From positions 1 through 64,000 of the IMG/VR virus record IMGVR_UViG_3300037512_000782: 64,000 bases of DNA, one strand, 5' to 3'. A program made the translations under genes and the position numbers. The notes beneath the pieces are model-generated. The model made no database searches. It saw nothing but the letters and a program-made list of their open reading frames with translations, and had not been told where the DNA came from. The stretch comes from a virus (lineage: Duplodnaviria > Heunggongvirae > Uroviricota > Caudoviricetes). This document shows, piece after piece, positions 56,532 to 64,000 of this stretch; position 1 is the first letter of the stretch, and every line of letters starts with the position of its first letter.

Positions 56532-57422
56532 TTACTGAACCAAGTCGAACTGGGAATAAGCGCCAGCGGAGCATTCAGCCGCACCCATCCAGAGAGTCAT
56601 CGGCTTTTCTGGATCGGCACCAGGGATAAGCGAAGTTGCCTTGAGGGACATCTGCTCGACACCCTTGAACGATGCGTAGGTGATGTCGATGTCGTATTCT
56701 CCGCCGATGCCCTTCATGTAGTTGAAGAGCTGGACTGGGAACACGGTGACGGTGCCCGGTCGGAAAATCTTGTGGACAAGCTGCGTATCGATGCCGCGAG
56801 TGCATGTCGACGGTACGCAGTAAGTAATCTGCTGAGACATCTTGCCCTTGATGTAGAGCTTGATGCCGCCGTCGTCGATACGGAGAGTCACGAACTCGCA
56901 CGTCGGAACCGCACGGAGCTTCGTAACAAAGTCCTTGACCATATCCTCGGAGAAGTGCATTTCACCGACCTTCATCATAGGGTCGTTATCCCTAGTGAAC
57001 GGAATGTGAGAATGGCCTTCCTTGAAACAGCTGGGGTCAGCAGTCGGCGTACGGCAAGTGATACCGCCACCAGAAAACTTGATGTACTCGTAACGGCGAC
57101 CAGTAATCGACGTGTCTACGGACAGTTCAGCCGTGCCGCGCTTGGGGAAGTTGGCCAGTTCCGCATACTTCACAAATTCATTCAGCGAGAAGATGTTGAT
57201 GCGGTTGGTATCGAAATCCAAGTCTGCATCCGATGCAGCAAGGTGTGTCATCATCGCCATGTCTGGAACGCTGATGTGGTTTCCCGGAATACGGCCCTTC
57301 ACGTTACCCTTGAACATGATGACGCATCCAGTCTTTGTAATAGAACTGATGTTCTTCAAGATCTTGTAGAACGGTTCGCTAAAACGAATGCCTACCGCTG
57401 GTTTTTCAATTTCTTCAGCCAT
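56532..57422 (-). CDS. sliding clamp (gp45-like)
   Basis: FSEPFYKILKNISSI, INIFSLNEFV, TADPSC match gp45 landmarks (L.KNF..IN, IYDLN.FL, ADPS); promoter TTGAAT-17-TATATT at 57442-57470. Confidence 0.75.
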   Translation of the reverse strand: MAEEIEKPAVGIRFSEPFYKILKNISSITKTGCVIMFKGNVKGRIPGNHISVPDMAMMTHLAASDADLDFDTNRINIFSLNEFVKYAELANFPKRGTAELSVDTSITGRRYEYIKFSGGGITCRTPTADPSCFKEGHSHIPFTRDNDPMMKVGEMHFSEDMVKDFVTKLRAVPTCEFVTLRIDDGGIKLYIKGKMSQQITYCVPSTCTRGIDTQLVHKIFRPGTVTVFPVQLFNYMKGIGGEYDIDITYASFKGVEQMSLKATSLIPGADPEKPMTLWMGAAECSAGAYSQFDLVQ

Positions 57423-57449
57423 GTTTAAACCTCGGCTATCAAATATAGT

Positions 57450-59642
57450 CTAAATGTATTTTGGATTCAAATCGCCCTTCGTGACCACTTTTTTGCCGAT
57501 TTCGACGAATTTCGGCTCAAGCTGGTTCCACTCAAGCGGCGTAAACGGAGCATTGACATCGACACACCAGCTGCAGTCAACCTCGATCTGCTGCATGCGA
57601 GCCTCCAGACGGTGCATCATCATGGAAACGACGTATGGTACGCAGCCCCTACCGTCACCAAACTTATACAGCTTGCCGAAGTTCTTCAAGATGGGAAGGT
57701 AGCCGCCACGGATAGCGACGAACGGCCCGTCCAGAACGGCAACGTCATGCGAACCAGTGACAGACACGGTTCCAGCAACACGGCGGTTGTACATTCCGTC
57801 CTTTGTCGAATATTCGCTATACATGCCATAGGTATTAGGGCAGCGCATCCAAGTGCCATCCGGCAAGAAATTCTCATAGCCGAACGGAGCGACAGCACCT
57901 ACATCGCTAGGGACGGCTTCGAGCTTTTGTATGAACGACGGATCATATATCAGCGAAGACGCATGGGCAAGTACAATCCAAGAAGGCGGAACCTTCGGAT
58001 TCACCTTGACAATCTTTTCAGCGACACGAGCGATGTTGAGGAATATCGACATCTGCGGATTGCTCTTCTTGCACATCCTTACTGGCTGGTCACTAGCCAA
58101 GTAGACAAGTTCATCACGACTGGAGGCATACTTCTTGTATGGAACCTTGACGTCGGATCCCTTGCGCCTATAAAGAATGGTAATCACGCACGGCGTCTTA
58201 CTGTGCTGCAAGATCGTGTTATTGTCAAGACGGATTGTCTCGACCGGGCGGATACCCAGAGCCTTGCGAAGCTGGTTCTTCTCGCCTTCTTCCTTGGCGC
58301 GTTCCGCATATACGGTACGCCTACGGTCTTCTGCGCGAAGTTCGTTTTCGTACAAGGCAGCCTTGATGGCGACTTCGAATTCGTCCATCACCGGGGTCTC
58401 CCATACAAACTGCTTGGACGTCTTCTTACGAGTCTTCGCAGCAGCCACTCCAGCCTTGTGACGCTTGTAATAGGCAGCACGACGGTTCGTCTTGTTTAGC
58501 TTGTCCAGATGTTTCTTCTGGAATTCGGAGAGTTCCATCTTCGGATCGACATTGACTCCAGAAGCGACAATGGCGTCAACATCCTCTTGAACCCAGCCCC
58601 ACATCGGATACATCGGCCAGCCCTTGGCTTGTACCTCGGCACAATGGGCATTGTACTCGTCAACCGTCATCACGCAATAGTCCTTCGACTTCTGAATGTG
58701 CATCAGCTTGGGAGGAGCAACGACGCGGCACTTACCGGATATCAAGTTGTCAATCCAGTAATTGCTCTTGCCGAACTTTGTACGGATAGCGAAACGGTTG
58801 TAATACGGCTTGCCTTCACAATAGAAATAACGGCGGTTGATCTGGTCGCATAGCTCATCGAGTTCGGACTTCTTGAACAAATTCCTCGTGCGAGCGCCAA
58901 CCTTGACTTGCTCTGGATGCAGAAGCTTCATGAATATGAACTTCGTTAACGTGCGACGAGAAATCTTCATGTATACGCAAGCCATGCCAGTAGTCAGCAC
59001 GTCTGGAAGAGGCTCCTTCTTTATCAAACGGCTACCTTTCTTTACGGTCTCGTTGATAGAGTCGTTGACATACTGGATGATGTTCTCACGAGTCATCCAC
59101 TTGTATCGCTTGCGGCCAGTCGTACTGTGAATCCAGAACGCGATGTTCGCCTTGCCAGCTCGGCAAGCTGCTCGGAGCTTTCCCGGTGTCGTACCGATGA
59201 ACGTAGCGCTGTCCTTGACATTTAGAGTCTTGGGAAGGAACTTGAAATTCTTGGACGGCACGTAGTTCTTGAGGAACCAGTCGTAATCACGGAAGTAGAC
59301 GAACTTGCCGTAATCGTCGGCTGGCTGTTCCTTGATAATGCCCTTTCTGACCAGTCGCAGATACGTCATCGGACTTACATCCAAGTCAGCGACGATTTCA
59401 GCCGGACGGATCTTTGCGTAAGGGTGCGTAGTGCAAGGAGGTTTCAGACCATAGGCTGAAAGCTTCTTCAGACACGCATCGTAACGGTATTTCTTCTGGC
59501 CTTGATAATTGACTATGTAAGGTATCCCATCAAAGAAACCCATTCCCTTCAAGTCAGAAACCGGACGGTCAAGATACTGCGCAATCTTCAACGGCTGCAC
59601 ATATTCATCTATACCCTTCTGTTTCAACGCACCAAGAGCCAT
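57450..59642 (-). CDS. tandem MerR/Xis-like HTH protein fused to a degenerate GT-A glycosyltransferase-like domain
   Basis: Four to five HTH-like units in the N-terminal ~300 aa; C-terminal WIVLAHAS..VGAVAPFG..VAVLDGPFVAIR; TAATG-coupled to primase. Confidence 0.6.
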   Translation of the reverse strand: MALGALKQKGIDEYVQPLKIAQYLDRPVSDLKGMGFFDGIPYIVNYQGQKKYRYDACLKKLSAYGLKPPCTTHPYAKIRPAEIVADLDVSPMTYLRLVRKGIIKEQPADDYGKFVYFRDYDWFLKNYVPSKNFKFLPKTLNVKDSATFIGTTPGKLRAACRAGKANIAFWIHSTTGRKRYKWMTRENIIQYVNDSINETVKKGSRLIKKEPLPDVLTTGMACVYMKISRRTLTKFIFMKLLHPEQVKVGARTRNLFKKSELDELCDQINRRYFYCEGKPYYNRFAIRTKFGKSNYWIDNLISGKCRVVAPPKLMHIQKSKDYCVMTVDEYNAHCAEVQAKGWPMYPMWGWVQEDVDAIVASGVNVDPKMELSEFQKKHLDKLNKTNRRAAYYKRHKAGVAAAKTRKKTSKQFVWETPVMDEFEVAIKAALYENELRAEDRRRTVYAERAKEEGEKNQLRKALGIRPVETIRLDNNTILQHSKTPCVITILYRRKGSDVKVPYKKYASSRDELVYLASDQPVRMCKKSNPQMSIFLNIARVAEKIVKVNPKVPPSWIVLAHASSLIYDPSFIQKLEAVPSDVGAVAPFGYENFLPDGTWMRCPNTYGMYSEYSTKDGMYNRRVAGTVSVTGSHDVAVLDGPFVAIRGGYLPILKNFGKLYKFGDGRGCVPYVVSMMMHRLEARMQQIEVDCSWCVDVNAPFTPLEWNQLEPKFVEIGKKVVTKGDLNPKYI

Positions 59643-60790
59643 TAGAACCACACCTCTACTTTCTGTTTTGCTTGCATCTTCTGTACCAGCTGCAGACGAG
59701 TCTCGCGCTGCTTCTGGCGTTCACGTGCGGCCATGTCGCCGCGTTCGAGAGCGAAGATAATAGCCGCGCCTTCTGGCGGCAAGCTACGACCTTCGATAAA
59801 TTCACTGGAAACGTAGCCGTCGTCATCGACTGGCATCTCGCCAGACAGAACGGCTCCGTTGACATCCTTTTCCTTTATTCCAGACCAGTTGAACCACTTG
59901 TACCCCTTCTTGACGGATTCGATACGAGCAAGTTCACCAGCGTTGTCGTTATCCCAGATGACCGTACAGTTTTCCTTGTGCTCTGCAATCTGCGGATTGT
60001 CCGCAATGACTTCGTCAAAGTGCGAGATGCCGCCGATGGCGATAGCATTGCGAATGAACGTAGAGTCAATCGTTCCTTCCAAGATGTAGAACGGCTTGGT
60101 CACATCGAGGAAGTCGATGTTGTACGCTTGACGCTTGACGCCTTCGAAGTTTCGATAGCGCAGCTTGTTATCGGGGTCTAGCGCACGAGCGTCGAACTGC
60201 GTCCACGCACCGCCGTACTTGTAGAACGGAATGATCAGACGGTTCTTGAACTCGTTGCCGATCGGACGTCCTTGCTCGTTCAGCACGAGTCCGCCCAAGT
60301 CGTCGCGCTTCAAGAACTGGTCGCCTTCCTGGCATACGAACCAAAGGTCATACACTTCTGGACGAATGCGGCGTCCTTGACAGAAAGCCACTGCTTGTTC
60401 CGCGAGAGGATGATGGTCTAGTAGAGAAATGAGTTCGCCATCTTCGAACGGCAAGTCGACTTTCTTCTTGGGCAAGACTTCTTCTCGCTTGTCGTCAGAC
60501 CTATCGCCGTCGAAACCGAACAGAAGCATTCGCTTGTATGCGGCGTCGTCATTCTCCTTCAAGTATTTCATGAAGTGCATGCTCTGTCCGCATTTATAAC
60601 AACGGAACAGCCAACGGTCACGATAGACGTAAGCCTTCTTCTTGTTCGGTCTTGCTGGATCACCACAGAACGGACAAATGAAATTATAGTATTGGGACTT
60701 CTTCTCTAATGCGAAAGAGTTGTCGCCGAATTCAGCTTCCACCGCTTCTTCCAGCGCCGCATCAGGAATATTAGCATAGGAAAAGGACAT
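59642..60790 (-). CDS. DNA primase (gp61-like)
   Basis: NFICPFCGD..CYKCG zinc domain, RLIIPF, ILEGTIDSTF, WDND, KDVN TOPRIM motifs. Confidence 0.93.
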   Translation of the reverse strand: MSFSYANIPDAALEEAVEAEFGDNSFALEKKSQYYNFICPFCGDPARPNKKKAYVYRDRWLFRCYKCGQSMHFMKYLKENDDAAYKRMLLFGFDGDRSDDKREEVLPKKKVDLPFEDGELISLLDHHPLAEQAVAFCQGRRIRPEVYDLWFVCQEGDQFLKRDDLGGLVLNEQGRPIGNEFKNRLIIPFYKYGGAWTQFDARALDPDNKLRYRNFEGVKRQAYNIDFLDVTKPFYILEGTIDSTFIRNAIAIGGISHFDEVIADNPQIAEHKENCTVIWDNDNAGELARIESVKKGYKWFNWSGIKEKDVNGAVLSGEMPVDDDGYVSSEFIEGRSLPPEGAAIIFALERGDMAARERQKQRETRLQLVQKMQAKQKVEVWF

Positions 60791-60808
60791 AGTAAAACCT
60801 TAAATAAA

Positions 60809-60837
60809 GTGGCGCTCAATGGTTAGTCGAGCGCCAC
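60809..60837 (-). terminator. hairpin/terminator between gene 32 and primase
   Basis: GTGGCGCTC..GAGCGCCAC stem followed by TTTATTT on the minus strand. Confidence 0.6.
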
Positions 60838-60875
60838 AGTGCCAAAGCCATTTCTAGCTGAAAAAACGGAAAAGA

Positions 60876-62051
60876 CTAGAATGGCAGTTCGGTATCGTCG
60901 TCATCGCCTTCTGGCAACTGGTTGGCCATCGCAGCGGCGGTAGCGGCCTGAGCGGCAGCGCGACGTGCGGCGAACGCATTGTTAGCAGCCGGAGCTTCTT
61001 GTGCCGGAGCAGCGCTAGCGCCGCTTACGAGCATTTCGTCTTCGTCTGGTTCCTTTGCGGGGGCTGGATCCATGTCGGCGGAGTTGCCGAGGAAGTCAGC
61101 ACCAGCAACCTTGGTAGTTGCACGGTTGGCGTAATTCGGATTCGGAGCCGCGCCGAAGCTAGCGTTGCTGGCCGTGAAGCCACCTTCGCCATCACCAGCG
61201 GACTGAGCGTTGGATGCCTTCTCAAGGAATTCACGCCACTTAGCGGCAGCAGTTGCTTCGTCCGGAATATCGGCCAAGAACTTTGTTAAGTCATGGCAGT
61301 TATTGAGGATTTCGAGCATTTCTTCCTTCGTGTCAGCGAGCGGAGTCGATTCTGCCACGTAGTCAGAGCCGTCGTAAGAAGTCATGTTCTTTGCAGCATC
61401 CCAGCTGACAATAACACCAAAGTCGACACCCTTGGTCGGAGAGTGAGGAATGAACTTGCGGCGTTCCTTCTTCATCTTGGCCAAAGCGCCCTTGGCTGGG
61501 GCACCATTTGCATTCTGGACTTCAGCTTCGACACTGTCATCGAACGGGGCTCGTAACGTGCGTTCCACAGCGTCGCTGTGACGCCACACGAGAACCTTAC
61601 CATTGTTGGCAGACTTGTTATCGTCTTCACGAACGAGGATGTTCGTATGCCATTCCGGACGAGCAGTCATGCCAGTCCATACCTTGAGGTGCTTGTCACC
61701 CTTTTCGTACTTCTTGGCGAGTTCGTTATAGCGATCCCAAATTGCGCGGCAGATGGGGCAGTCCTGGCCCGGTGTGTTACGGCAGCACTTCACTTCCATG
61801 TGAACGCCATTCAACTTGAGGTGGTGATAAAGAACCTTCACGCTCGGATAGGTCTTGTTCTTGACGCCTTCGATACCTTGCGGCAGAAGACGGATGATTG
61901 CGCTGTAGCTAGGATTGCGCTTGCTCACGCTAGGCTTCCAGCGAGTCGGGTCAACTTTGCCACCAATCGAAGTGGCTTCGTCGAGGTTGGACACGGTGTC
62001 GATGTCGAGATCGAGAAAATCGGCATCAGCTTGGGTATTCTTGGTAGTCAT
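60876..62051 (-). CDS. single-stranded DNA-binding protein (gp32-like)
   Basis: DPTRWKP..AIIRLLP..H..C..T.GQDCPIC..NILVRED..NNGKV; acidic tail DDDDTELPF. Confidence 0.92.
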   Translation of the reverse strand: MTTKNTQADADFLDLDIDTVSNLDEATSIGGKVDPTRWKPSVSKRNPSYSAIIRLLPQGIEGVKNKTYPSVKVLYHHLKLNGVHMEVKCCRNTPGQDCPICRAIWDRYNELAKKYEKGDKHLKVWTGMTARPEWHTNILVREDDNKSANNGKVLVWRHSDAVERTLRAPFDDSVEAEVQNANGAPAKGALAKMKKERRKFIPHSPTKGVDFGVIVSWDAAKNMTSYDGSDYVAESTPLADTKEEMLEILNNCHDLTKFLADIPDEATAAAKWREFLEKASNAQSAGDGEGGFTASNASFGAAPNPNYANRATTKVAGADFLGNSADMDPAPAKEPDEDEMLVSGASAAPAQEAPAANNAFAARRAAAQAATAAAMANQLPEGDDDDTELPF

Positions 62052-62144
62052 GGGGATTACTCCTTGGATATCATTGGTTTAACTTAGGGTTATTTATGGT
62101 TTAACGTGTTTTGGTGATTTTGTTGTAGCTGACCACCAACAGCT
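62052..62144 (-). promoter_or_regulatory. gene 32 leader: H-type pseudoknot plus unstructured operator
   Basis: Stem 1 AGCUG/CAGCU, stem 2 UUGGUG/CACCAA; then a G-poor tract with two GUUAAACCA copies up to the AAGGAG RBS. Confidence 0.75.
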
Positions 62145-62150
62145 GGACAA

Positions 62151-62179
62151 ATAGTAGAAAGAATAAATTTGAATTGCAA
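62151..62179 (-). promoter_or_regulatory. gene 32 promoter with extended -35 (TTGCAATTCAAA)
   Basis: TTGCAA-17 bp-TACTAT. Confidence 0.7.
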
Positions 62180-62184
62180 ATCGG

Positions 62185-62853
62185 CTATTTTGACGCTTTT
62201 TCGGCGCTTTCTTTGTTGTGAGTCAACAAGAGCATTGCGTCATGACGCTTCAATGCGGCATCAACTTGTTCTTCGAGGTTTTCTGGAAGTTCGAAGTCGA
62301 GATCGTCAAGGTGAGCTTCCTTCAATGAGGCAGTCACTTCGTCCATCAAGGAATCGAAATCCCATGTCAACTGCTTGGAAATTACGTTGTTGATAACGCA
62401 AAGATCGGAGAACTTCGCGGCATCACCAACCAGCTTCTCGTTGTCGACTTCTTCCACATTGTTCGGATCGAAATCGTCCTTGATATGCAGAGAACCGTCT
62501 TCATCGATGTCGAGAACATTTGCAGCATCTTCGTCGGTCATGGCAGTTTCTTGCTTGACTTCCTCGTCGTCGCGAGCGTATTCTTCAGCAATCTGCATGT
62601 AGCTTTTGCCGATGAACGGATTGCGCTTCTGCTGCTCCACGAGCCACTTGTTGTAGGCTTCGGTACGAACCATCACGCCAGTACCAGCGCCGCCGAAACC
62701 TTCTCCGTCCTTACCGGAACCGGAGCCGATGTTCACGATGGCCTTGGTAAGTTCATCACGCTTTTCGAGTGCGGTCTTTTCGTACTCGGCGTTATCCTTT
62801 TCGTGCTGGTCGACAATCTTCTTGTACTTAGATCCAAACTTAAAATGTGACAT
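62185..62853 (-). CDS. acidic hypothetical protein
   Basis: Clean ORF in the replication cluster. Confidence 0.8.
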   Translation of the reverse strand: MSHFKFGSKYKKIVDQHEKDNAEYEKTALEKRDELTKAIVNIGSGSGKDGEGFGGAGTGVMVRTEAYNKWLVEQQKRNPFIGKSYMQIAEEYARDDEEVKQETAMTDEDAANVLDIDEDGSLHIKDDFDPNNVEEVDNEKLVGDAAKFSDLCVINNVISKQLTWDFDSLMDEVTASLKEAHLDDLDFELPENLEEQVDAALKRHDAMLLLTHNKESAEKASK

Positions 62854-62867
62854 ACAAAACCTAAAAA

Positions 62868-63389
62868 CTAATCGTTCAATCCCGCCATAATAAAGGCTTC
62901 TTCTTCTGGATCTTCTTCAGTAAGTTTATCAAGATACTCTTGCGAGAGCTTGATCGGCTCGCTGATTTCTTGTTCAGATTCATCGGCACGAGTAGCGGCG
63001 TTCTCGATATCCGATTCAGAAGCGTTGATGCCAGCCTCCTTCGCTACCAGCAGCTTGATATCCATATCAAGCATCGCCGCCAGCTTATTCGCGTCCACCA
63101 TCTTCTCGATGGCGACCAACAGCTGCATCATGCCAAAGTCCTTCTTACAAAACTTGTTGTACATCCACCAGAGGCCAGCATTTATCTTCTCGCTGTACTT
63201 CTTCAAGGTAGCTTCGGGCATGGTAAGAACCAAGCAAGCGTCACCCGGAAATCTCGGTGTCTTCAAGTATTCATCAAAGACTTCGCGAATCTTGCCGTGT
63301 CGAGAGTCATCCAGTTCGATGTCCTCCAACTGGACAACTTCTTCATCAGCGTCGTCAGTTAAATATTTCCCCAGTACGTCCATAGACAT
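62868..63389 (-). CDS. acidic hypothetical protein, possibly a gp33-like late coactivator
   Basis: KLAAMLDMDIKLLVAKEA weakly recalls gp33; lies near gene 32; function is speculative. Confidence 0.45.
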   Translation of the reverse strand: MSMDVLGKYLTDDADEEVVQLEDIELDDSRHGKIREVFDEYLKTPRFPGDACLVLTMPEATLKKYSEKINAGLWWMYNKFCKKDFGMMQLLVAIEKMVDANKLAAMLDMDIKLLVAKEAGINASESDIENAATRADESEQEISEPIKLSQEYLDKLTEEDPEEEAFIMAGLND

Positions 63390-63418
63390 TTCCTATTGGA
63401 GTTACTGGAGAAATTACT

Positions 63419-64000
63419 TTAAAACTGGCTGTAAATACTCTGCATGCTCGCTACGGCAGCTTGCTGCTTGTCGTTCAACTTCTGGCCTCTAGGGGCACCG
63501 CCACCACGATTTCCGCCGCCAGTACCCACACGGACATTCTGATTCATGCCACCAGTCGCCTCGGCAGCGATCTGGGCTTGGGTAAGGGCATCGGTGTAAG
63601 CGGCGATATCGTCCGTAGTTGCGTCATACCAGCGCATCGTATTGTAGTCGTACTTCGTGTAGAACATGACTTCGTTTTCGCCGAAGCGGTTCTTCTTCAC
63701 GAAGTTGGCGTACATATTCTGCTTCTTCAAGAGGTCGTCACGAGTAATCGTAATCATGATGTCGGCGGTTTCAGCAAAGCCAGCTGAACCAGACACCGAT
63801 TCGAGACCAGCATCGAGCCTAGAGTAGCCAGAACGGTTGAACTGGACTGCGGAAATGCCGACCATGTTGCGGTCGATGCAAAGTTCGCGGATCTGTTCGG
63901 CCTTCTCTTGGCCATCGAGGTACATGCTTTCCATCGTGCGGTGAGTACGGTTCGGCTTCATGATGCCGATGTAGTCCACCACGAGGACATCCGGATTCTT
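63419..64000 (-). CDS. replicative helicase (gp41/DnaB-like), C-terminal part
   Basis: PDVLVVDYIGIM, SAVQFNRSG, SAGFAETAD, KNRFG; frame open to the window edge. Confidence 0.93.
   Translation of the reverse strand, partial: KNPDVLVVDYIGIMKPNRTHRTMESMYLDGQEKAEQIRELCIDRNMVGISAVQFNRSGYSRLDAGLESVSGSAGFAETADIMITITRDDLLKKQNMYANFVKKNRFGENEVMFYTKYDYNTMRWYDATTDDIAAYTDALTQAQIAAEATGGMNQNVRVGTGGGNRGGGAPRGQKLNDKQQAAVASMQSIYSQF

Noticed and set aside
60809-60870. Possible tRNA-like element
   Set aside because: Single hairpin only; no cloverleaf or T-loop
1-64000. Stop-codon reassignment as seen in some large gut phages
   Set aside because: Core genes are full-length in the standard code and end in TAA, TAG and TGA

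Overview
This window looks like part of a large, distantly T4-related myovirus (jumbo-phage-like), read in the standard genetic code. The anaerobic ribonucleotide reductase genes (nrdDG) point to an anaerobic host. All assignments come from motif recognition by eye; no database searches were run. Replication genes: family B polymerase, clamp loader (gp44/gp62), gp45-type clamp, primase, gp32 ssDNA-binding protein, partial gp41 helicase, UvsY and gp47. Morphogenesis genes: terminase with an intein, small terminase, sheath, tube, gp3/gp54/gp48/gp53/gp5/gp26-like baseplate and tail proteins, a tape-measure-like protein and gp4. Host-like genes: a sigma70-type factor, IF-1, RtcB, an Hsp20-domain protein, thiol oxidoreductases and several apparently degenerate glycan enzymes. 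Mobile elements: the intein, a free-standing HNH endonuclease, a solo tnpB and a ~47 bp IS200/IS605-type relic. The most notable observations are (1) a tandem-HTH protein fused to an apparently inactive glycosyltransferase domain inside the replisome cluster, (2) a second, DnaN-like clamp alongside gp45, (3) an H-type pseudoknot in the gene 32 leader, (4) a candidate +1 frameshift (CCC UUU CGU) in the gene before the tape measure, (5) a tnpB placed behind the phage's recurrent ATAAACT promoter motif, (6) tandem NrdR boxes at nrdD, and (7) three recurring classes of promoter motif.
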